A DNA stretch of 63,762 nt, counting the filler, from Octopus bimaculoides (taxonomy: Eukaryota): NCBI RefSeq assembly GCF_001194135.2. It is 5 parts of 5 records of this genome, joined end to end, with 100 filler letters (N's around TTAATTAATTAA, not from the genome) between each part and the next. Parts side by side here need not be neighbours in the genome. Positions count along the whole stretch, not along the records: positions 14,316 to 38,678 come from NC_068981.1; 4 more parts are not named here. One strand, written 5' to 3'. The position numbers were made by a program, and so were the translations under genes. The notes beneath the pieces are model-generated. The model was given only the letters and a program-made list of their open reading frames with translations. It did no database searches and was not told the DNA's origin. Each line of letters opens with the position of its first letter. Within the stretch, counting starts at the first letter, position 1. Shown here piece by piece: positions 24,288 to 37,258 of the stretch.

Positions 24288-25191
24288 TAAGATGGTATTA
24301 AAAAGTTCCCAGACTAATTCTGTAGCCCACCAACAGATGGCAGCACACAGTGAGAGCTAGCAGTGACGTTCATGAGGCAGTGTGCCAAGTGACATCGCTG
24401 TGCTTACTTAACAAGTTATGGTAGTTGTATTTTTGTGATCACATGTATGCTGTAGTCTGTGATTTTCGTCATGAACAGGAAGTTGGAACAAAGAGCCAAC
24501 ATAAAATTTTGTGTTAAACTTGGGAAGTCAGATACAGAGACATTGAACATGCTTCGACAAGCTTATGGCAAAGAGGCAATGGATCATACGCAATGTTTCA
24601 AGTGGTAAGAGCACTTCAAAAGTGAAAGAACTCCCTGGAAGATAATGAGTGATCTAGAAGAGCTGCCACAAGCATCACCCCCAGAAATGTGGAGAAAATT
24701 CATCAGCTTGTGCATGAGGATCATTGGAGAACAATCAATGATGTTTTGAAGCATTTGAGGGAGGTCATTTGGCAAAAGTGACCGGATCTGTGGAGCATGA
24801 CGAATTGGATAATTCACAACAATAATGCACCCTATCACCAAGCTCTCCTCATTTATGACTTTCTCACCAAAAATAATATGGTATCACTTCCATACCAATC
24901 CTATTCACTACATTTAGCACCTGCAGACTTCCATCTCTTCCCCAAGATGAAAATGCAGCTCAAAGGTTGCTGTTTTAACACTGTTGTCAAGATCCAGAGC
25001 GAATCTCAGAAGGTCCTTGACTTACTTACAGAAAACGACTTCTGGGCTGGCTTCCAAAAGTGGCAGGAATGCTGGGACTGGTGTATTGCTATGCAAGGTG
25101 ACTATTTTGAAGGAGATGATATTAAAACTAAGATAGATAAGTTATTTTTTATTAAACATAACTAATCTGGGAATCTTTTGATACCACCTCA
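24288..25191 (+). mobile_element. Internally deleted mariner (DD34D-type) transposon with both TIRs and TA TSD
   Basis: TIRs TAAGATGGTATTAAAAAGTTCCCAGACT / AATCTGGGAATCTTTTGATACCACCTCA flanked by TA. Transposase relic from ATG 24471 (MNRKLEQRANIKFCVKLGKS), with HNNNAPYH, YSLHLAPADFHLFPKMK and a GDYFE terminus; contains stops and a central deletion. Confidence 0.93.
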
Positions 25192-25754
25192 TAATTGATC
25201 CTTCCATCATTTGCTTAACTGCAATATTCTGCTGTTGTTAATGAAAGCAGAATTACATATTTTAACATTATCATTTTCTGTGATACCAATTATTTTTATC
25301 ACTACCCATTAATACTTATCATTGTCCCTCTCCATGCACGTTTTACAGTGATCACTCTTCTCTGCTACAAAATTATCTCTCCCTTTTCATTGAACCATTT
25401 CTTTTTGACTTGCTCCTATCACCATATATCTCTCACTCTTTCCATGCACAATATCTTACCTCACACACTTTCAAACTATCCATCCATTATTTCCCTTTCT
25501 TTCATCCTCCCCTGGTCAATAGTATTATTATTTCTATTATTGTTACTATTCTTCACCTTACAGATATTTCATCACTGTTATCACCCCTTGCCTTGCTTCT
25601 AAAATGTTAGTAGCCATATAGCCCATCTATAGCAAGAAACCTGTTCTGCTCCTGCTCCTACTCTCATACTTTAGCCATTCATCTCCTAGTATAATGCTGC
25701 CCCTTCTTGGGGACCATAGCCTTGGAAGCTGCATGGCAACTGCACTAGAATTGG

Positions 25755-25925
25755 CATGAAAAATTGCGCCCTTTACACTTTGTAAGGATGTTGGCACTAG
25801 AAAGGGCATCCAGCCATAGAAACTATGCTAAGGTTGACAGTGACGGATGATGCAGTTCCTTGGGCTCATCACATCTTGCAAAACCATCCATCCCAAACTA
25901 GCATGGAAGATGGGAATTATATTGC
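25755..25925 (+). mobile_element. RTE-type 3' tail fragment
   Basis: GTTGGCACTAGAAAGGGCATCCAGCCATAGAAAC...CCATCCATCCCAAACTAGCATGGAA. Confidence 0.55.
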
Positions 25926-26050
25926 TGTTGTTGTTGTTGCTGCTGCTGCTGCTATTACTACTACTACTACTACTACTACTACTACCATTACTACTACTAC
26001 TTCTACTTGCATTATCATCATTATCATTACAAATATTATTATTATATCAT

Positions 26051-26283
26051 AAATGATGAGCTGGCAGAATCATTAGCACACCAGACAAAATGCTAAATGG
26101 CAATCCATCCATCTTTACATTCTGAGTTCAAATTTCACCAAGGTTGACTCTTCCTTTAATCCTTTCATGACTGAAATAAGTTGATGAAATAAGTGGTCAG
26201 TCAAGCACTGGGGGTCAATCCAACTGGCTAGCCCCTCCCGCAAAATTTCAAGCCTTGTGCCTCTAATAGGAAGGATTATTATC
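26051..26283 (+). mobile_element. SINE family B, old copy
   Basis: GAGCTGGCAGAATCATTAGCAC...TTCTGAGTTCAAATT...AAATTTCAAGCCTTGTGCC...GGATTATT. Confidence 0.75.
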
Positions 26284-26479
26284 AATATATCATGGAAGAG
26301 CCATCTTAATCATCGAAAAAACAACAAAAAAGAAAACCGTTATGTTGACTTTACCTTTGTATCTTCTGGCGTAGCACTTTTGTGACAACACTGTGACCTA
26401 ATCATTTAAAACAGATCCACTCCAAATGTCTGAAACTTTTTTTAATGAATTTTCTCCCAAACAACATTTAGGGCCACTT

Positions 26480-26945
26480 TAGCATAAGAGATTACAAAGA
26501 AAGAAAAGAAAAGGCTTCCAAATTCGAAAGATGATGGTTGACTGAAAGCTTAAAGAACTGAACATCAAAGACCAGAAGAAAACAAGACAATGTTGGTGAG
26601 TAACCAGGGAGCAGTAGTTCAAGGAAAAAGCTGCCATCATCATCATAATCATCCTTTAAGGTCTTTTTTTCATGCTGGCATGGGTTGGATGGTCTGACCA
26701 GAGCTGACAAGCTGCACCAGGTTCCAGTCTGATTTGGCTTGGTTTTGACAGTTAGATGCCCTTCTTAATGCCAACTCCTTTACAGTATTTGCTGGGTGCT
26801 TTTAACACCAGACTTTTAGAATTAAAGGACTTATGACGAACAAGAAACTCAACTGAGAAATGATGCACCTTGGAAGAAAAGTGGGTGACAAGTGTATAGA
26901 TCTTGACAGAGGGTATTGGATGAGAAAGGCCCATCTAAACAATGA
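26480..26945 (-). mobile_element. CR1-like LINE 3' end interrupted by an RTE tail (about 26635-26800)
   Basis: Minus strand HHFSVEFLVRHKSFNSKS...LSCFLLVFDVQFFKLSVNHHL is split by a CATCAT...CCATGCTGGCATGGGTTGG RTE tail. Confidence 0.6.
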
Positions 26946-26958
26946 CCATAGAAATACC

Positions 26959-27324
26959 TCTTTTACTCTTTTACTTGTTTCAGTCATTTGACTGCGGCCA
27001 TGCTGGAGCACCGCCTTTAGTCAAGCAAATCGATCCCAGGACTTATTCTATCGGTCTCTTTTGCCGAACACACTAGCATCGGTTGTCAAGTGATGTTTGG
27101 GGGAACAAACACAGACACACAAACACACACACATATATATATATACATATACATATATACGACAGTCTTCTTTCAGTTTCTGTCTACCAAGTCCACTCAC
27201 AAGGCTTTGGTCGGCCCGAGGCTATAGTAGAAGACACTTGCCCAAGGTGCCACACAGTGGGAATGAACCCAGAACCATGTGGTTGGTAAGCAAACTACTT
27301 ACCACACGGCCACTCCTGCGCCTA
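26959..27324 (-). mobile_element. SINE family A
   Basis: Head, body and tail match the other family A copies. Confidence 0.88.
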
Positions 27325-27559
27325 CCTATAGAAAAGATACAATGACGTTTACTAGTTACTGGCTAGTTCTTAGATGCCTTATAGTTTTTCCTTGTTTTGT
27401 TGTTGTTGAGTTTATGAGCATGACTCTGTTACACCAAGATTTGTTAAGCTCCTGACACCTCTTGTCATTAGTTACTTCCAGTTTTCCATTCTTTGTTTGT
27501 TCACACCTTTGTATATATCATTATCTCCACTACTTTTTATTTTTGCTTTCACATTTTTG

Positions 27560-27800
27560 TTCTCCCCTCCATGTAACCAAGTGATAAGGGCATTGCCCTC
27601 ATAATCAAATATCATGGTTTCAATTCCTTGACCAGGCGGTGCTTTGAGTTCTTGAGCAAAACACTTCATTTCGTGTTGCTCCAGTCCATTCAGCTGTAAA
27701 TAAGTAATCCTGCAATGGAATGCCGTTCCATTCAGAGGAAATGTGATCTCAGTCTCTTGCAAGCCATAGAAACCATGTGATTAATCCCATAAGTCCTCTT
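27560..27800 (+). mobile_element. Decayed tRNA-head SINE (family D-like)
   Basis: ATGGTTTCAATTCCTTGACC B-box-like site followed by TTCTTGAGCAAAACACTTCATTTCGTGTTGCTCCAGTCCATTCAGCTG. Confidence 0.5.
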
Positions 27801-27894
27801 AAACTCAAAGATGGCAATGTCCAGAGGACTTACTTGTATTTTACTTCTTCACTTGTTCTTGTGCTTAACTTTGTGCTTAACCTATTTCTTTGCT

Positions 27895-28115
27895 ACCTAA
27901 AAGGGTAAAGACCCCCTTCGGTCAAGAATGACCATGGGATTGCACCTAAAAAGTTCCACTCTGTGGCACAAGTCCAGGCAAAGTTGTTTGTGGAAGACCA
28001 GCAGTTGCCCATGCATACCAACCTCCCCTCTCCACACCACCGATGTTACCCAAGGGAAAGGCAAAGGCCAATACAGCTTGGCACCAGTGACACTGAAACT
28101 CATTTCTACAGCTGA
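27895..28115 (-). mobile_element. SINE family D, 3' part
   Basis: AAGGGTAAAGACCCCCTTCGGTC...CTCATTTCTACAGCTGAG is recognised as a recurring octopus-type repeat; its inner end overlaps the motif seen at 27650-27700. Confidence 0.55.
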
Positions 28116-28729
28116 GCAAACTGTTTTTTCTTCCCTTGTTTGTTTTTCTTTCTTTTACCTTGAAAAGGGACCCTGCCAAAATCATCGTATCTTTCCTCTT
28201 CCACACAGAAAAAAAAAACCCTAAAAAGGCTTGTCAGTCCACCATATTGTCCCAGCAGACAAAATGGAAAAGGTGTTGCCAGAGATGCACTGGAAGAGCC
28301 ACTCTGAACCTCAGAGCTCACACTTGTGGATAGTCATCTCCACACCTAATAATATAAGGTATTTTTCATGTATTCTATTTGTGGTATAAGCATGTAGAAA
28401 TTAGGTTCTTCCAATGTAGATTAATTTCTTTTATTTTAACCATGTTATGAGAGAGAAAAAACACGATAGGGAAATATTAATAAAGAAATAATGTCCATAG
28501 AATTACATGAATGAGTATCTATATGAATAAACTGATACTTTCATGTATGCACTCATGCATATGCGCATGCACATACACACACACACACACATATACACAC
28601 ATACATACTGTATATATACATATACAAATGCATCATACACATGTACATATGAATGTTTATACATAAACTAATATAAGAGTGGAAAGGGAGGAAATGTGAA
28701 TTTTTAGTGATCCTTTGTAGCATATGGAA

Positions 28730-28736
28730 TATGCAT

Positions 28737-28787
<51 letters not shown>

Positions 28788-28864
28788 TATATTTATACAC
28801 ACACATATATACATTTATATATTTATGCATATATACATCATATATATATATTTATGTGTGTATG

Positions 28865-28942
<78 letters not shown>

Positions 28943-29035
28943 CTCTCACATACACATATATATTTGTGTTATGTATATGTGTATGCATTTATATACACAC
29001 ACACAAACACACACATACACATGTATATATATTTG
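28730..29035. repeat. Compound (TA)n/(CA)n microsatellite
   Basis: Read directly. Confidence 0.95.
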
Positions 29036-29119
29036 CATAAAATCAGAAAATTTTCAGACTCAATTCTCTTGCATAAGAAGCTGATTTCTTGTTGACTTTT
29101 GTGGTGGAAAGTGTTTGAA

Positions 29120-29162
<43 letters not shown>

Positions 29163-30567
29163 TGGGGGAACAGAGACAGAGTGCACGCACAACTTAATAG
29201 AATTATCTCCTGAACGGTGAAGTAATGAAAGAAAACAGTGATGATGGAATATCAACATTCATATATCAGATCTTGGATACTTCACAAATGTTCACTATTG
29301 AACACTATATATAAACTAACACAAAACAGGAGCAGATAATATAATTGTCTCTAACAAGTCAAAGAATTTTTAGAATTATGTATTTTATTTTGAAATATCT
29401 GTCATTCTTCCAAATTGACTGAATTGCTGTTCTTCACTCTCATGTCTTTAGTGTTTCCATATCAAATTAACGACCTTTCATTGTATTGTGTTGTAGTACA
29501 CATAGTAACAGCTTCAAATCTTCTCCCTTTCTCTCACTCTTCTTATGACTGAGTCACAAACACGAAACAATGATAAAGAGAAAAGAAACCATGAAAAACT
29601 AAGATTTCTTTACAGTTATTCTGGTTTTATATTGTGGTGGGTGAAAAAGAAATTCACCAGTGACACTCTATGAAAGATGCAAGAGAAAACAAAAACTAGA
29701 AATGTAAATTTTTCAAAATAAAATTAGTACTGTATAGAAGAAATATAGAGGAATAGAATAATTAGTCTGAGTTGTCTAAAAGATTTAGACATATGAAAAG
29801 AAATTAAACTATAATATCAGACATGTTTGGTATCAGAGGATATTGATAAGTAACTTTGCTATCTCAAGAACAAACAGAATATTTTGTATTTTTTAATCTT
29901 TTAGCATTTATCTTCCGTTTGTTCTAGCCATTGGTTGCAGCCATGCTGGGGCAACGCATTGAAGGGTTAGATGAATAGTCAACACCTCGGAACTCATGTT
30001 TTTCAAGTTACATATGAATAAGGATGAGACTTGAAAAAAATAAGTTCTGAGGTGTTTATTGTTCAGCTAACCCTTCAATGTGGTATTACTTATCAATAAA
30101 TTCTGATACCAATCAGTCTCTTGCCAAGTTACAGGGGAGCATAAACAAACCAGCACTGGTTGTCAAACCATGGTAGTGAACTAACACAAACACAAAGACA
30201 CACACATGCACACACACACACATGCACACACAATCTTACAAGTTCTCCATCACTGGCATAATGTGGAAAACTTGGAAGATTGGGCAACCCATGGGAGAAA
30301 CAACTGAAAGAGTTTAGTATTTGTTCACTCATTTATTCTTTTTCGTTTATCTTTGTTTATCTATTTATTTACTTATTTCATTCATTTATTTGGATCACTT
30401 ATACATATGACTGTAATCAATTAATAAATAGATATAATTGAATGTTTACAGGCTGATGTTTGTCGATTGTTTATCCTCTCCATTTTCTTATTTGCCTTAT
30501 ATGTACATATATACATACATATATATTTATATATACATATAAACATACACATATATGTTTATATATA

Positions 30568-30985
30568 TTCTTTACTCTTTTACTCTTTTACTTGTTTCAG
30601 TCTTTTGACTGTGGCCATGCTGGAGCACCGCCTTTAGTCGAGAAAATCGATCCCAGGACTTATTCTTTGGAAGCCTAGTACTTATTCTATCGGTCTCTTT
30701 TGCCGAACTGCTAAGTTACGGGGATGTAAACACACCAGCATCGGTTGTCAAGCGATGTTGGGGGACAAACACAGACACACAAACACATACACACAAACAC
30801 ATACACACATACATATATATACGACGGGCTCCTTTCAGTTTCCGTCTACCAAATCCACTCACAAGGCTTTGGTCGGCCCGAGGCTATAGTAGAAGACAAT
30901 TGCCCAAGGTGCCATGCAGTGGGACTGAACCCGGAACCATGTGGTCGATAAGCAAGCTACTTACCACACAGCCACTCCTACTCCT
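30568..30985 (-). mobile_element. SINE family A, full length
   Basis: Complete head, internal (CA) linker and tail. Confidence 0.9.
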
Positions 30986-30986
30986 G

Positions 30987-31024
<38 letters not shown>

Positions 31025-31269
31025 TATGATGGCTGCCCCCTCATTATCGAGTATGGCCATTGCACGAAGTTTAACTTAATGGTGCTGTGATCGAATGTGA
31101 CTTTTTAGCCCAGCCAAAGATCTACAATGTCTTGCACATATATATCTATCTAGCTATCAATATATATATATACACACATACTACATATATATATATATAT
31201 ATACACACACATGCATGCATGCACATGTGCACGCACGCACACACACACACACACACACGCACACACACA

Positions 31270-31405
31270 TGATAAGCTTCCAAACAGTTTCCGTCTACCA
31301 AATTCCTTCTGCCTGCAATAGTAGAAGACACATGCCCAAAATGTCAAGCAATGAGACTGAACCCAAAGCCATATGGTTGGGTAGCAAACTTCTTAACTAT
31401 ATAGC
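31270..31405 (-). mobile_element. SINE family A 5' part, decayed
   Basis: CAGTTTCCGTCTACCAAATTCC...GTAGAAGACACATGCCCAA...GACTGAACCC. Confidence 0.6.
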
Positions 31406-31863
31406 TAATAATTTTTGGCTTTTACATTAAAAATGAAAAGGATCAGCTTACCAAATATTTAACAAGCAATTATTTTCATAAAAATTATAAAAATTAGATT
31501 TGAGAAAACAAAAATATCATTATTCAGTCAGATATTTCTAAACGCATGCAATTTTAATTGAATTCTTCTCATGTAATACTGTTTATTCCTGTGAATGAAA
31601 ATTTCCTCAGAAGTAATGCATAAATATTGAGCAAGGAGAAATAGCAGAGTCTCAAAGTAGGAAGCTTCAATTGTTGATTTGGCATCAGAAATACATGGCG
31701 GCTACAGCAGCGTGATAATGTAGCAGGGCGTTAAGAATTGCATCAATCTGTAAAATAACAAAAACAAACGATCAAAATGTACAAAATGCACAAAAATAAA
31801 ATGTCTTTTGTTTCATGTAAATCATGTCAAAATGTTATTTCTCAGCATGCTTAAATAAATGAA

Positions 31864-31894
<31 letters not shown>

Positions 31895-31930
31895 TCCTTT
31901 CTACTATAGTTTAGTATAATAATAATAATG

Positions 31931-31962
<32 letters not shown>

Positions 31963-32542
31963 AATAATAATAATTATAACTATAACAATAATAGTTGTAA
32001 CAGCATTGATGATGATGATGATGATGATGACGATGACGATGATGGCGCCAGTGGCAGTGGTGGCTTTGGTGGTAGTGATGATGATGGAGAAAGAAAATAT
32101 AGAAAAAGAAGCAGTATATAAAAATACAAAATGCCCATTCCCCCCCCCCCTTCTTCCATGTCTTTACAATTTAGAAAATGGACACAACACTGAATGGAAT
32201 GAAGCAAAAATATATAAAGGCTATGAGTTGTAAAAATGATATTTCTAGAATTTGTAATGATTGTGCAACAGATCAGAACAAAAAAGAATGCCTTTGCAAG
32301 AAAATTACTTTATTCACTTCTTGTATTATTGAAATGTTTTTCTACATATATGTCTGTGTGTGCGTATATATGTGCGTCTACAAATAAATAAATATATGTA
32401 TGTATGTAGGTATGTATTTGTGTATGTATGTATGTATGTGTGTATGTATGCATGCATGCATATTTGTATGTATATATCTCTCTCACTTTATATATACATC
32501 CATATATATATACATTTATGCATATTTCTAATTTGTATATGT

Positions 32543-32591
<49 letters not shown>

Positions 32592-33061
32592 TGTATGTAT
32601 ACATCTTATGTATGTATATGAATATGTATCAATGTGTGTGTGTGTGTGTGTGTATTGACCAGCCTCCAAAAACTGAAACAATTGCATTGTAAAAGAGTCA
32701 TTTTATCTGTTTAGCAAAAGCACAAAATATCTATTATATTCACTTTTCATGTATTTCGTAACAATACCGTCGATTATGCAGCATGTCAAATTTTTGTTGC
32801 ACTTTTGTGACCTGAAACTGACATGACAAGAATGCAACAAAACCGTGTCAGAGACCATGTCACACACATGGCTGTGTTGTTAAGTAGTCTACTTCGTAAA
32901 AATGTGGGTTCTGGATTATTCATGTAGTATGCCATGTTGAGCATACTATCATCTTTTACAACAGACCTAGGCTGAGCAATTCCTTAGGAGTGAATTTAGT
33001 TGATGAAAACAGGGCAAAAGTCCATTGTATAAGCACTTACACATGCCTAGATATATGTTTT

Positions 33062-33446
33062 ATTGTTGGCACTCCGTCGCTTACAACGTCGAAGGTCCCA
33101 GTTGATCCGATCAACGGAACAGCCTGCTCGTGAAATTAACGTGCAAGTGGCTGAGCACTCCACAGACACGTGTACCCTTAACGTAGTTCTCGGGGATATT
33201 CAGAGTGACACAGTGTGACAAGGCTGACCCTTTGAATTACAGGCACAACAGAAACAGGAAGTAAGAGTGAGAGAAAGTTGTGGTGGAAGAGTACAGCAGG
33301 GTTCACCACCATCCCCTGCCGGAGCCTCGTGGAGCCTTTGGATGTCTTCGCTCAATAAACACTCACAATGCCTGGTCTGGGAATCAAAACCGCGATCCTA
33401 TGACCACGAGTCTGCTGCCCTAACCACTGGGCCATTGCGCCTCCAC
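33062..33446 (-). mobile_element. tRNA-derived SINE family C, full length
   Basis: Minus strand starts GTGGAGGCGCAATGGCCCAGTGGTTAGGG (A box) with B-box-like GGTTTTGATTCCC; distinct body and tail ending GCGACGGAGTGCCAACAA. Confidence 0.8.
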
Positions 33447-33949
33447 ACCTATATATGTATATATATATGTATGTGCTCGTGTACCGCTGCTCCTCCTGGT
33501 GAAGAGAATTAACCATTAGACAAAATAAGAATGTGCTTAGAGCATCAAAGAAAGTGGGGCATAACAGAAATGGTAAATGGTTGACAGCACAAAAGAAATT
33601 ACTTTATACTTTCTAGAATAATATTCAACGTGGTTTACATGATCAGAAATATAATTTCAAAAAGTTTATGGTGTCATAGTGAGGATCTGATCAATGACTT
33701 TGCAATTAAACCACAAAAAGTAGGAGACAACTTTTCAAATATAACTAAAGTGAAAATATACAAAAATAAACATTATTTCCCATCTTACTGTTAGTTTTGT
33801 TGCAATTTGAAAAATTAAAATTTATTTTATGGTTTATCATTGTTTATATTTTGAATGACACATATGTATGAGGGCATCAAACTCTTTTATGTGCTTAGGG
33901 TCTCTATGGGTCTTAATCCAGCCCTGCTGCAAGAGAAGTGTGTCAGTCC

Positions 33950-34200
33950 CACATGAAAAACACTCATGCCAGTTCCATATGGGGGCGCTCGTGTGATACC
34001 ACATAAAAAGTTCCCAATACATTCTGTTAAATGGTTGGCATTTGGAAGGGCATCCAGCCATAGAAAGCATGCCAAATCGGACTGGACCCTGGTGCATCTC
34101 TTCAGCTTGCCAGCTCTGGTCAAACCATCTAATCCATGCCAGCATGGACAACAGACATTAAATGATGATGGTAATGATGATGATGATGAGGATGATGTGT
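33950..34200 (+). mobile_element. RTE-type 3' tail with GAT repeats
   Basis: GGTTGGCATTTGGAAGGGCATCCAGCC...CCATGCCAGCATGGACAACAGACATTAAATGATGATG. Confidence 0.7.
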
Positions 34201-34214
34201 GTATATGTATGTAT

Positions 34215-34305
34215 GTGAAGGCACATGGCCTAGTGGTTAGGGTGTGGCACTCGCGATCACAAGGTCTTGGTTTTGACTCCCTAACCAGGCAGTGCACTGT
34301 GTTCT
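34215..34305 (+). mobile_element. Isolated tRNA-like SINE head
   Basis: TGGCCTAGTGGTTAGGGTG A box and degenerate GGTTTTGACTCCC B box; no cloverleaf 3' end. Confidence 0.55.
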
Positions 34306-34412
34306 ATATTCATACTCACACACAAACACATGCAAACACACACACACACACACACATACACACATATATACATATACCTACATATACATATAGACACACA
34401 CACACACATATA

Positions 34413-34484
<72 letters not shown>

Positions 34485-34500
34485 CTGGAACCTTCTATTT

Positions 34501-34699
34501 TAGGAGGTGCAGGCATAGCTGCGCGGGTAAGCGCAGGTATGGCTGTGTGGTAAAAAGCTTGTTTCCCAACCACATGGTTCCAGGTCCAGTCCCACTATGT
34601 GGCAATTTGAGCAAGTGTCTTCAACTATAACCTCAAGCGAACCAAAGCCTTGTGAGTGGATGTGGTAGATAGAAACTGAAAGAAGCCTGTCATATATAA

Positions 34700-34755
<56 letters not shown>

Positions 34756-34961
34756 TTGTATGTCTGTGCTTGTTCTCCACATCACTTGACAACTGATGTT
34801 GGTGTGTTTATGTCACCGTAACTTAGTGGTTCAGCAAAAGATACTGACAGAATAAATACTAGGCTTACAAAGAATAAGTTCTGGGATTGATTTGTTCGAC
34901 TAAAGGCGGTGCTCCAGCATGGCCATAGTCAAATGACTGAAGTAAGTGTAAGAATAAAGAA
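34501..34961 (+). mobile_element. SINE family A with partly duplicated head
   Basis: Two consecutive GCAGG.AT.GCTG...GGTAA heads, then body, (TG)n linker and tail. Confidence 0.85.
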
Positions 34962-35099
34962 TATATACATATATATAGTAATATGTAAAGGTAACATGTA
35001 ACGGTAAGCAGTCCGTAGAAGGTATAACAGTGGTTTATTGATGAAGAAGGTTGCACCATCAGAAGAGTTGTGCATAAAAACATTAGGTACAAGTTATAT

Positions 35100-35479
35100 G
35101 TGATGTGGAAGGGGTCAGTTTATGATGGTTGTGAGAAGAGAAAATCATTTGATCCATGCAAAGCACTTGCTAAACAAGTAATGCGTTCTCTCATGTGGTT
35201 TAAATCTGTAATCTTACTCTTTCAACATACCCAAGAAAAAGAAGTCAAGGGGTCTGGTGAACAAGGGGACTATTCCACACGACCCCTTCTTCCAATCCAG
35301 TGAGGAAAAGTATCATTAAGCTAATCTCTAACAGTTGTGGCAAAATGGGCAGGGGCCATTTTGTATTTTTTTTTTTTAATTTAAACAAAAGTAAAAAAGG
35401 AAAATTATTATTTCTTATATTTAATTGTTTATGTTATGATTTTATTTACTCCATGTACCCAGACTTTGTGGAAACCCTG
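35100..35479 (-). mobile_element. Tc1/mariner-superfamily relic: TIR plus transposase C-terminal fragment
   Basis: Minus strand WIGRRGRVE*SPCSPDP...KSKITDLNHMRERIT resembles the WPPRSPDL region; TA|CAGGGTTTCCACAAAGTCTGGGTACATGG terminus at 35479. Confidence 0.65.
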
Positions 35480-35731
35480 TACAATGTCTCAAATCTGCCA
35501 TAACCAGCTTTATGTCCAAAATTGATAAAAAAATCATCTGATACAAGCATGTCAACATTCCACCCCTGAACTGAATAGCCATTGACGCTAATGGTGGATT
35601 CATTAAGTATTTATGAGGAAAGCATTCTCATGATTATTTGTACCATTTTGTTTTCAAATACAACTTTCCTTTGATGAGCTATATGTATTTTCCTAAATTC
35701 GTGCAAATGACCTCCAAAAAACTGATGCGTC

Positions 35732-35767
<36 letters not shown>

Positions 35768-35849
35768 GTGTGTGTGTGTGTGCGTGCATGCGTGTATGCA
35801 TGTGTGGATGGATGGATGGATGGGTAGATGGATGTGTTTGTGTCCGAGA

Positions 35850-36282
35850 CCTTTGGAAATGTGCTGTGCGTGAGAAGACCAGGCAAGCCAAGTGAGATCG
35901 TTGCCAGTGCCCCTGGACTGGCTCTTGTGTGGGTGGCACATAAGATGTACCAACCTGAGCGTGACCATTGCCAGTACAGCCTGACTGGCCTTGTAGGGTT
36001 TTCGAGCGAGATCGTTGCCAGTGCCCCTGGACTGGCTCTTGTGCGGGTGGCACATAAAAGACACCATTTCGAGCATGGCCGTTTTCGTGCGGGTGACACG
36101 TAAAAGCACCCACTACACTCTCTGAGTGGTTGGCGTTAGGAAGGGCATCCAGCTGTAGAAACTCTGCCAAATCAGATTGGAGCCTGGTGTAGCCATCCGG
36201 TTGCACCAGTCCTCAGTCAAATCGTCCAACCCACGCTAGCATGGAAAGCGGACGTTAAACGATGATGATGATGATGATGATA
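35850..36282 (+). mobile_element. RTE LINE 3' end, relatively young, with two ~114-bp internal units
   Basis: GAGATCGTTGCCAGTGCCCCTGG at 35894 and 36008; tail GGAAAGCGGACGTTAAACGATGATG. Confidence 0.88.
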
Positions 36283-36944
36283 TATATATATATATGCGAA
36301 TATGTATATTTAAATAAAAGAAGTTTATTTATTAACATAGGAGCTAAATATTTTTATTATACATTGATATATATAAAAATAAAAATACAAAATTACATTT
36401 TCATATAACAGCTTTACTGCGATAATATTAGTGTATATTTTCACATAGTGAGTTTTACAAAGACAAAAAAAAACAAAGAGAGAGAGAGAGAGAGAAGGAG
36501 CCATATATCACTGAAAAGTTTTCAAATAGAAAAATGCTTTCATATAAAAAATGGTTCTTATATAAAAAAAAAGTTTTACAGAATAAATATTAGTTCATGT
36601 TATAACGAAGAGAGTCGTTGCAGTAGAAAAAAAAATCAGTAAAATGTGATTTTTCTTCAACAGCAAAAGTTGTTTTGACTACAACATGCACAAAAATGTA
36701 TTCAGTAAAAGTTTTTATGCATTAACTGAGGAAGATCTTCCGTAAGGAATGCATTTCCTATTATACATTAGACAATGATCTGAAACATGTGTATTAAATG
36801 CTTTCAACTTGATGCCAGTACAAACTAGCCTGCCCTGACTCTATTTATGCAGATACTCTAACAAGGATGTGGAGTAGCTTGTTATATTTAACTCAAGTCC
36901 AAAATTCTGATATTGTGCATTACTTCTAAGCAGAACACAACACA

Positions 36945-36953
36945 ACATATATA

Positions 36954-37015
<62 letters not shown>

Positions 37016-37085
37016 TATATGTGCGTATATATATGTATGTATATATATATGTATATATATGTATATATATTTATATATATGTATA

Positions 37086-37133
<48 letters not shown>

Positions 37134-37258
37134 GTATATATACATGTATATATATGTGTGTGTATATATATGTGTGTGTATATATATATATATGTGTGTG
37201 TGTATATATATGTATATATATGTGTGTGTGTGTGTGTGTATGTATAGATATATATATG
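36945..37258. repeat. Compound (TG)/(TA)n microsatellite
   Basis: Read directly. Confidence 0.95.

Noticed and set aside
34215-34305. tRNA gene (also the heads at 33360-33446 and in family A copies)
   Set aside because: A and B boxes are present but there is no acceptor stem, and they run into SINE bodies; these are SINE heads.
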